Positions 46,248 through 56,200 of a DNA stretch of 64,000 nucleotides are shown here, piece by piece. Each line of letters opens with the position of its first letter. The stretch's first letter is position 1. Origin of the DNA: Carcharhinus amblyrhynchos. Taxonomy: Eukaryota. The position numbers and the translations under genes are program-made. The notes under the pieces are model-generated. The model had not been told where the DNA came from. It was given only the letters and a program-made list of their open reading frames with translations, and did no database searches. The DNA lies in the NCBI GenBank assembly GCA_965287045.1, contig OZ336895.1, positions 13,082,001-13,146,000 on the forward strand. Reading direction: 5' to 3'.

Positions 46248-47017
46248 TGAAAGATGGATTGTTTTCTAAAGAAAACCTGTCTCAGTAGAAACTCAGGCTC
46301 TTTGGCCTAGGTATTGTCACTCCTGTAGACGTGATTTTAACTTTGATGTAAAAATCTCTGCTTTCTAAATTGTTTAAAAAAAAAAGAATGTATAGCTGAG
46401 TGAGACGCTGGATTTCTGACGTGTTCATTTAGGGGAAGAGTTTGTTAATGAAGAAGATTTGTAGATTCCTGTGGTCTGTGAAGGGAATGGTTGAAGTATT
46501 TAAATCATTAACTAATCAGACTGAATGGGACAGACAGTGTGGATTGCCAACTCTCTAAAATTGAAGCTTGATATCTTGGCACTTAGTTTTCACCAGATTG
46601 GCTAGAAACTAGCAAAGAATGTTCTTCATGTGAACTCTACAGATATTGGAGAAAGCGTTATGGTTTCCAGAACTATCCAACAGATTAAGGAATAGTCTGC
46701 TTGCTTTCCAAGTGAGGAAGGCAGCATATCCATTGGCAGCTCTCTGGTAACCAGTGATGGGAGTGGGAGGGGTGATTGAAAGGTCAACCAGTGTTGTCAT
46801 TCCTAGTTTGGGCTCATGCTGAACATTGGCCAGAGGCTGCCTCACATTATTGAAAAAAAATCTCTGCATGTCAAAATGTTAATTTTCTGGTTTATTGATA
46901 AGGTGACAATTGGGATTTGAGGCAGGGTATCTGATGGAGTTTAAAGGTCAGAGGCAAACATTTCAGGCCTATAAACCCTTGCTCTGCCACCCAATGTTTG
47001 CTCAGGCCTCCTGATGC

Positions 47018-47329
47018 TAGGGTTGCCAACTCTTACCTGACCTTTCACCTTGAACCACCCAACCTGTACTCTGCCCATTGGCTCTGGGAATGTCTGGTGG
47101 CCGGACAAATTAGAAAGCAGACAGACTATTCGTTATCCAATTGGACGAATCTTCACCCTAACAGCCATCTTCCCCAATCTCCAGTATTTTTATAACAAAC
47201 AATTTTGATCAAAACAAACTTTTTCCAATCGTCACGTTTTTGATTCCTTGGTTTTTATTCCTACCTGTGTCCTCAGCTAATCTTCCATTCCTGCGGACTC
47301 CAGGCCAGTTTTGGAGAGTTGGTAACTTT
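47018..47329. mobile_element. MITE with TAGGGTTGCCAACTCT TIRs (hAT-like)
   Basis: 47018-47033 vs imperfect inverted copy 47315-47329. Confidence 0.5.
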
Positions 47330-48477
47330 GCCAGTGATAGAGATTGTCTAATCCCCCAGGAGGGCTTATTTATACTTTGCACTGTTATTTGGATTTGCTG
47401 CATTGCCTGAAAGGGCATTTGTGAGAAACTGGGAATGAAAGTTGCACTTAATCCTGACTGTGTTTTCCTGCTGTGACGCGGGGGGGGATGAAGGTTGTGT
47501 TTTGGGGGTTGTTGCGCCGGGTTTGGGGATTTCACCCAGTTTACAGGACAGATTGGGACCAAATTTGTTGTGGATTTGGGGCTGCTTTCACTTTCAGACC
47601 TGTGTCTTTGGCTCCAACGCTGAATGTTTGTGTTGTGCAGGCCCTTTTGATTGCTCTTGGATCTCGAACATACTAAGCGAGGGTACAGCGTTGTGCTGTC
47701 TCTTTGCGTGTATTAATCCAGATGTCTGTTCGGAAGTTGGAACAACACCGCTGGGCACTGTATTATGCCCCTTGCCTGAGGCACACTGGTTTTGGAAAGA
47801 GAATTTAAATGAAAGCAATTCTTTCTTTCAATTTCCACAATGGAAACATGGCTTTGTTGTGATATTAAAACCAGAGAGTTTGTGATGTAACCAGGAAACT
47901 GATACAATTGCTGTGTATGGCTATTCCCTGCTCCCCCCCGTGCTTTTATATTATTGGATGGTCTGGAACCTAAGAAAGATTTTTGATTTATATTATTAAA
48001 TGTATAAATACCTGAAAACTAGCCAGGACTACTTTTTTTCTGAAGTAGCTTTCACTTGTTGATGTGTTTATTTTTTGTTTTTGCTTCCCCATTTCTATGA
48101 CTCTGTTCCAACTGGCCTCTTTCTCTTCAACCATCCCCCTCCATCTCCCCCCCCCCCCCACCCCCCCACCCCCAGTTCTCTGATCCCCTCAGAGGTCCAG
48201 GTCAGTTTGGAGATTTGCAATGCTGGGGGGAGTGCGGCGGGGGGGGGGTTCCCTGTGCATTGAGTTGTTTGTGTCTGAATACTGATGGTGGTCAGTGTCC
48301 TGTGGTGAAGTCCAGGCTGTACACTGAACCAAGCAATAAAAACTGGCACCAAATAACACCGGCTCAGTGCTTTTCATTCTGGATACGGAGCCTCCCTGAG
48401 GAGGGAAAATTAGAGAATCTTCTGGAAGAGTTGAAAAACCATTTGGTTGCATATAGCTCTTTCAAAGTTCTCTCCAT

Positions 48478-48740
48478 TTTTATTAGCGTCACAAGGAGGC
48501 TGACATTAATACTGCAATGAAGTTACTGTGAAAATCCCCAAGTCATCACACTCCAGTGTCTGTTCGGGTATGCTGAGGGAGAATTTAGCATGGCCAATGC
48601 ACCTAAACAGCACCTCTTTCAGACCATGGGAGAAAACCAGAGAACCTGGAGGAAACCCATGCAGACACAAGGAGAATGTGTAGACTCTGCACAGTGACCC
48701 AAGCCGGGAATCGAACCCGGGTCCCTGGTGCTGTGAGACA
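48478..48740 (-). mobile_element. HE1-type SINE, TAATAAATA-type tail
   Basis: Reverse copy. Confidence 0.85.
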
Positions 48741-50770
48741 GAAGTTAGTCCCACTCCCTGTTTTCTTACCCTAGCTGTGATATGAGTCTCTTCATGTAGG
48801 TGTACAATGCTGGTTTTGAAAATTCCAATGGAATAAAATTCCATCCTGCCTTCGGGTTCTGTCTAGATTATAACCCTCGGTGATCAACCTTCTCCCCTCT
48901 CCATCTAAAAAGTCCTTGTGACCCCTTACTCTGAAGCTGAGCTGTAATTCTCGAATTCCTGGCAGCTACATCCTGCCCTGCAATAAATTTACATTCGTGA
49001 GATACACTCTGGGGAATAAAGGACAAAGTCTATTTGCCTCTCCTCATCCGTGGTATCAATCTGGTTTGCTTTGAGCTGCTAGTGCGATCTCGCTCAGCTT
49101 TCCCTATGCATACTTTATAGCAAATTAAATACTCTTAATTTTGTGATAGCGTAACTGTCTTTGTCAGCAGGTGTCTGGATTTGAATCACATATTGTATAT
49201 TTTTCTGGGCTGTTTGAGATTTGCAGCAGCTGCAACATGAAGCAAATACTAAAGCAAGAAAGCCAGTGATTAAAAGAGCCATCATTCTGATCCCCGCTGT
49301 TTGAAAGAATTAATTATGTTGAAAGACTGAAGAAACTATAACTCATCTTAAATGGCGACTGAGAGGAGCGAGCTTCTTAAGAGGAGATGGAGGGAGGGAT
49401 GGCCAGAGATCAGGACAAAGCTGCCAATAAAATGAGTTTAGGAAATCCAGGGTGTGCAAAAGACTAATGTTGGAGTATTGATATCACCCAGATATAGAAT
49501 TGTTAAGGTGCAGGTGGAAGCCATTTGGTCCATCAAGCTCCTCCTTGTTCATTGTAGTGCAATCTAATCTGTCCTATTCCACACCAACCCCCCTCCCCAC
49601 AGGCTCTGTACCTGAACCCTACATGTTTATTACCCTTGAGTGCCCATCCAATTTCTTCTTGGCAGAGATCAGTGTTTCAGCAGCAAGCAGAAACTGGAGA
49701 TAAATAAAACAAACAGGGCAGAGTTCATAAAATCATAGCAGTTACAGCACAGAAGAGAATCACTTCCCTATCATTGCCCCTCTGCAAGAGCCACATGACT
49801 GTTCCCACAAGATATAGGAGCAGATTTAGACCATTCAGCCCATCGAGTCTGCTTTGACATTCATTCGTGGTTGACAAATTTCTCAACCCCATTCTCTTGC
49901 CTTTTCCATGTAACCTCAGATTGATCCCTTTACCAATCAATAATCTACGTCTTAAGTACACTCAATGGCCTCCACAACCTTCAGCGGTAATGAGTTACAC
50001 AGATCCACCATCGTCTGTTACAGTTATATAAAACGTTGGTTAGGAATAGTGTCTACATCACACTACCAGAAGGATGTGGAGGCTTTGAAGGTACAACAGA
50101 AAAGGTTTACTACAATGTTGCCTGGTATGGAGGGGATTACCTACGAGGAAAGATTGAATAAACTGGGATTATTCTCCCTGGAAAGATTGAGCGGTGACCT
50201 GATAAGAGTTTATAGATAAGGTGAACAATTAGAAGCTTTTCCCAGGGCAGAAATGACAATTACAAGGGGGCACAAGTTCAAGGTTACGGCGGGGGGGGAA
50301 AGTTCACTGGAGATGTGCGGGGTGAGTTTTTTTTAAATACAGAAGGTAGTGGGGGCCTGGAATGCACTGTCAAGTGAGGTGGTTGAGGCAGATACATTAG
50401 TGACACTTAAGACTTATTTGGGTAGACACATGAACAGATAAGGAACAGAGGGATACAAGCAGTTGGTTTAGATAGGACAGCGTGATCACGGTGGGCTGAA
50501 GGGCCTGTTCCTGTGCTGTACACTTCTTGGATCTTGAAGAAATTCCTCTTCATCTCGGTTCTAAATGGTCGTCCCTTTATTCTGAAGCTGTGCCCTCGGA
50601 TCTTAGGCTCGCCTACCCTGACCATTTTCCTCTGCCATTTGTTTTCTCTTTAGATAACTTTCAATTCCCCCTTTAGAAACTACAATTGAACCTGCCCCCA
50701 CCATTCAGGCAGTGCGTTCCAGATCATAACCCCATCACCTGAACAAAAGCAAAATACCAGGGATGCTTGA

Positions 50771-51835
50771 GTGGGGGTCAATGGGTGCTATTCGGATTGG
50801 CGGATGGTGACTAGTGGAGTGCCCCAGGGGTCGGTGCTGGGGCCTCAGCTTTTTACCATTTATATAGATGATCTGGAGGAGGGAACCGAGTGTAGGGTGT
50901 CAAAATTTGCGGATGACACCAAGATTGGGGGAACGGCAAATTGTGCGGAGGGTGTGGAGAGTCTGCAGAAGGATCTAGATAGGCTGGGCGAATGGGCCAG
51001 GAAATGGCAAATGGAATTTAATGTTGGCAAGTGTGAGGTGGTCCACTTTGGAAGGAAGAATGGTAGGAAGGACTATTACTTACGTGGCGAAAAACTGCAG
51101 CAGGCGACGGTGCAGAGGGACCTCGGGGTCCTTGTGCATGAGTCGCAAAAACCCAGCTTGCAGGTGCAGCAGGTGGTCAGGAAGGCGAATGGGATGCTGG
51201 CCTTCATAGCGAAGGGGATTGAATATAAAAGTAGGGAGGTCTTGCTGCAGCTGTATAGGGCATTGGTGAGGCCGCAGCTGGAGTACTGTGTGCAGTTTTG
51301 GGCGCCGCACCTGCGCAAGGATATTTTGGCCTTGGAGGGAGTGCAGAGGAGGTTTACTAGGCTGATACCGGAGTTGAGGGGGTTGAGCTATGAGGAGAGG
51401 CTGAATGAACTAGGCTTGTACTCGTTGGAGTTTAGAAGAATGAGGGGAGATCTCATTGAGACGTATAAGATGATGAATGGGATGGATAGGATAGAGGTGG
51501 AGAGACTCTTCCCGCTCAAAAAAGACAGTAGGACTAGGGGGCACAGCCTCAAGATAAAGGGGGGGCGTTTTAGAACGGAGTTGAGGAGGAACTTCTTCAC
51601 TCAAAGGGTAGTGAATCTCTGGAATTCTCTACCCGTTGAAGTGGTGGAGGCTGCCTCGCTAAATATTTTTAAGACGCGGGTTGATGGGTTTTTGATAAGA
51701 GAGGGGATTAAGGGTTATGGAGAGAGGGCCGGAAAGTGGAACTGAGCCACGACAGATCAACCATGATCTTATTGAATGGCGGGGCAGGCTCGAAGGGCCA
51801 GATGGCCTACTCCTGCTCCTATTTCTTATGTTCTT
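50771..51835 (+). mobile_element. Young 5'-truncated CR1 LINE (HER1-like) with intact 324-aa ORF2 C-terminus
   Basis: [43 protein letters not shown]; 3' UTR with TTCTTATG tail; many intact CpGs. Confidence 0.95.
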
Positions 51836-52085
51836 CCAGTGCAGAGGACGCCATTGAGTCTGTACTGCCTCTGAGAGCATCCCACCCAGGTCCATCCCTC
51901 ACCCTAACCCTACACATTTCCCATGACTAATCCCACCTAACCAGCTTTCAGACTGTGGGAAGAAACTGGAGCATCCGGAGGAAACCCACACAGACACGGG
52001 GAGAACGTGCAGGCAATGACCCAAGCTGGGAATCGAACCCGAGTCCCTGGCGCTGTGAGGCAACGATGCTAACCACTGTGCTGCC
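51836..52085 (-). mobile_element. HE1-type SINE
   Basis: Reverse copy abutting the young CR1 tail. Confidence 0.8.
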
Positions 52086-52204
52086 TTAAAACACAAAAAA
52101 TAAAAACAGGATATGGAAATAATCAGCGGGTCTGACAATATCTGAGGACAAAGAGTTAACGCTTCAGGTCAACGAACTTCAATAATAATCGATGTACGTA
52201 CTGC

Positions 52205-52952
52205 TGCAATAACCCAGCCTAGCGTGGGATGGCGCTGTCCTGGCAGGACATGCAGTGTACCAGCTCGGCCTGAGATGGCGCTGTCCAGGAAGGATCAGCA
52301 GTGTAACAGCCCGCCTTGAGATGGCGCTGTCCAGGCAGGACCTAGAGTGCTCCACACCAGCCTTTCATGGCGCTGTTCAAAGAGAACCTACAGTACTGTA
52401 GTGCCACAGCTCGGCCTGAGATGGCGCGATCCGGAGAGGACCAACAGTGTAACAGCCCGCCTGAGATGGCGCTGTCCAGGGAGAGCCTACAGTGCTGCAG
52501 TGCCTCAGCTCGGCCTGAGGTGACGCTATCCTGAGAAGATCGGCAGTGCTCCAGCCCGGCCCGAGGTGGCGCTGTCCCGGAGGACCCGGTAGTGCTCCAG
52601 CCCGGCCTGAGATGGCGCTGTCCCGGGAGAACCCGCAGTGTTCCAGTCTGGCTTGAGATGGTGCTGTTCCGGAGGACCCGCAGTGCTCTAGCTCGGCCTG
52701 AGATGACGCTATCCCGGGAGAACCCTCAGTGTTCCAGTCTGGCTTGAGATGGTGCTGTTCCGGGAGGACCCGCAGTGCTCGAGCTCGGCCTGAGATGACG
52801 CTATCCCGGGAGGACCCGCAGTGCTCTAGCCCGGCCTGAAGTGGCGCTATCCTGGAAAGACCGGCAGTGCTCCAGCCCGACCTGAGGTGGCGCTGTCCTG
52901 GGAGGACCGGCAGTGCGCTAGGCCTGCCTGAGATGGCGCTGTCCCGGGAGGG
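52205..52952 (+). repeat. Tandem array, 16 x ~46 bp, units resembling an extended CTCF site (plus YY1-like ATGGCG core)
   Basis: Consensus approx. CCGCAGTGCTCCAGCCCGGCCTGAGATGGCGCTGTCCCGGGAGGAC; cores near 52228, 52273, 52319, 52366, 52419, 52464, 52518, 52564, 52610, 52656, 52701, 52747, 52793, 52839, 52885, 52931. Confidence 0.9.
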
Positions 52953-53215
52953 TCCATTGGCGGGCAGTTGGCAGTGAGGGCAGCGCAGCGCTCCCGCAGC
53001 AGGTCGCGGTCAGGCAGCAGGATGGTGAGCGCGGCCTGTTTCCATCAGCGAGCGGTTTCCAGCGGTAACGCGGCCCGAAGTAACCCCAGCGCCGGGTCTG
53101 TGGCTATTTCTCGGGGTCCGCACCCCACCGGGCCCCGGCCATTCTGCCATGACGGCGGCACGGCCGGACTAGCACATGCGCACTCCTTTCACAGCATTCA
53201 CTGGAAGGTCGGGTC
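52940..53215 (+). promoter_or_regulatory. REX1BD: CpG-island promoter and exon 1 of REX1BD
   Basis: Highest CpG density in the window; inverted CCAAT (ATTGG 52956-52960); NRF1-like GCACATGCGCA 53172-53182. Confidence 0.75.
53022..53024 (+). CDS. REX1BD: REX1BD exon 1 coding part (ATG only)
   Basis: gcaggATG/gtgagc inside the CpG island; phase 0 joins exon 2, which lacks an in-frame ATG. Confidence 0.75.
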
Positions 53216-56200
53216 ACCCCTTCCCTTTCTTTAACCTCCTCATGTCCCACAATGTCTCCGTGCAATTAGCAAAAGAACTGGGGGTAATTTGAGGAGAAAC
53301 TACCTGACACACCAAGGCCCAAAGGGCAGTGGATGCAAATTCAACGGTAATTTCAAAATAGCATTAAAAAAATCTGTGCAGAAAGAGTAGGGGAGTGGGA
53401 TTAATGGGATAGCTCTTTCAAAGAACCAGACAGGCATGATGGGCTGAATGGCCTCCTGTTCTTTCTGAACACTCACTGGAGGGTCTGCTGAGTTTGTTCA
53501 GCGCTTCCTGTTTTTATTTCAGATTTCCAGTAGCTGCATTATTTTGTTTTCTTGTTGGTTGCAGAATGCAAGTGGGCTGAATGCATTGGTGCGCAGCCTG
53601 TATGCGCTACAGGAGGAACGCGTTGAAGCTTATCGGCTTTTCGATCTGTGAGTAATCTACAGACCTACGCAAAAGCAGTAGTGTTTTAAAAACAGTTCTT
53701 CAACTTATTGAATTGATTTATTATTGTCACATGTATTAAGACATTCCTTCTTCCTGTGTAAGCCTGCACACTTACTGCCAGGAAGATATTCAACCACAGC
53801 ATGTCTGTCTGTCTGGCACAGTGTATTAGCACTGCTGCTTCACGGCGCCAGGGATCTGGAGTTCGATTCCAGCTTCTGATCACTGTCTACGTGGAGTTTG
53901 CACATCTTCCCCGTGTCTGCGTGGGTTTCCTCCAGGTGCTCTGGTTTCCTCCCACGCTCCAAAGATGTACTGGTCAGATTGATCGGCCATGCTAAATTGT
54001 CCCTTAGTGTCCCAAGATGTGTAGGTTAGTGGGATTAGTAGGGTGAATACGTGGGGTTACTGGGATAGGGGCTGTGTGGGATTGTTGTTGGTTAGGCTTG
54101 ATGGGCTGAATGGCCTCCTTCTGCACTGTAGGGATTCTCATCTTAACACCCCCTGGGTGATATTTTAAAAATCATTCAAATTTTCGTTCCACTTTCAAGG
54201 AATTCGAGGAGCAATAGATGATTGTTTCTATTCAAATAGTGTGCAGGGATATTGGGGAAAAGGCAGGGGAATGGCACTGAGTCATGAAGCTCATTTGAAG
54301 AGCTGGTGCAAACACGATGGACAGAATGGCCTCTTTCTTGATCAGGAGGAGTCTGGACAGAGTAGATAGGCAGAAACTGTTCTCACTTGTGAAAAGCTTG
54401 AAAACAAGAGGGCACAGATTTAAAATAATTAAGAAAAAAAGCAAAAGTGATGTGAGGAAAATATTTTTACTCTGAGTGGTTATGGTTTGCAATGCATTGC
54501 CTGAGGCTGTAGTGCAGGCAGATTCAACTGAAGCATCCAGTGTGTGGGGTTACAGGAAGAAGGCAGAGAATGGCTCTTTTGGAGAGTCAGTGTGGACAAG
54601 ACGGGCAGAATGGCCTCCTGCGCTGTAACAGTTCTGTGACATGGGTCTTAGATCTGAGATTGTTGATGCCGTTGCATTGAATGAATGGCATGCAAACACA
54701 ACCGTGATTACAGTGTAAGGCTCCAGCAAAATGCTGTAAGACACCCAGAGGCTACTTTCAGCTCCCATTTCACCCATTACCATCCTGCTTCCCAGATACT
54801 TTTCCTTTGGCTCCCCCCCTCTCAATCTGTCTCTGTCCTGTCTCATTGTCTCACTTTTTAACCTCCTCCCATTCCCCCCGCTCTTTCTTTCTCTCTCTCT
54901 CAGTCTCTCTCCCCTCCATCAATTTCTGCCCCTCCCCACAACAGTTATACACTCCTGTTTGGCGCAAAATCACAACAAGAAAATCCAACCATGGCTTACA
55001 AAATAAATTAGGAATAATATTAGGTCCAAAGAGGTGTCATAAAGTTCCGAGAAAAAAGTAGCATTATATATTTAACAGGGTTGCAGGTTGCTTTAAGAGC
55101 TGATCACATGATTTAATGTTGCTGTTATTAGGGTGTTGCCACAGGCTGCTGTTTTACTTTCAGTTTGTATTCTGTGCAGTGCAGAGAACATCTCTTTCAA
55201 TAACACCTGTTGTGTGTTCATTTGAATCTATGTGTGCAAACCTCATCTCTTTTTGTTAAAACCTACAACCCCAACGTAGGACATTACAGAAAGAAAATTG
55301 GCGACGAGTCAGAGTTTTGTTTCATTGAGAACATAGAGGAAAGATCCGAAGAAAAATACAGTGTGGGTCCTGACACTTTGCGTATCAGAAGGCTTGGTAA
55401 AAGCAACAAAAAACTTAACGATGCTTTGACAAAGATCGTTGAAGAACATTACTGTCCAAAGCCACTGATCATCATGGAACGGTTCGGGTTCTACTGAAGG
55501 AATCAAGTGGAAGGCGAAAACATTGCTCAGTTTATGGCAAACTTAAAAAGGCTGGCACAACATTGTGAGTTTGGTGAGTTGTAAAAAGATTCTTTTCAAG
55601 ATTGTGCTCTCCAAAATAAGTCTATCCAAAGAAGATTGCTTACTGAACAAGCTTTGATTTTACAGACAGCAGTAGAAATCGCAGCATTGCTGGAACTGGC
55701 TGCTAAAGAGGCTTCATAATTTGCTGCAGGAAAAAGGTGCACAAGTTGGGAACTGCCCACAAGAAGTCAAAACAATAACAAGCATGACACAGATGTGTCA
55801 AAATGGGCCATTCAGCGAGTGAATGCTGAAGCAAGAATAGTAACTGCAAGAATTGTGGCAAAATGGGTCACATTGCAAAAGCTTGTTGAGCTAGACCTAC
55901 TTCCCCTGAGAAAATCTGGATACCTTCAAGAAGAACAAATTGCATTCTATAAAAAGAATTTTACAAGCTGGAAGAAAGGAATTACGATTGTGAAGAAGAG
56001 AATGTCCAGAAATCATAGAATTGTAAAATTTTACAGCATGGAAAGAGGCCCTTCGGCTCATCATGTCTACGCTGACCATCAAGCATCTATCTATTTGGAT
56101 CCTATTTCCTAACACGTGGTCCATAGCCTTGTATCCTATAGTGTTTCAAATGCTACTTAAATGTTGTGAGGGTTCTTGCCTCTACCACCCTTTCAGGCAG

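Larger units (their letters stand above)
44664..48360 (+). other. FCHO1: Probable long FCHO1 3' UTR
   Basis: U-rich and nearly free of retroposons compared with the introns; AATAAA at 48335-48340, further AATAAA hexamers downstream; 3' end inferred. Confidence 0.5.

Noticed and set aside
50771-51745. 324-aa RT ORF as a domesticated gene
   Set aside because: It is a 5'-truncated LINE starting at GTG, with a typical CR1 3' UTR and tail and a near-identical sister copy.
52205-52952. CRISPR-like look of the 46-bp array
   Set aside because: The inter-motif segments are homologous to each other rather than unique spacers, no cas genes are present, and the context is a vertebrate genome.
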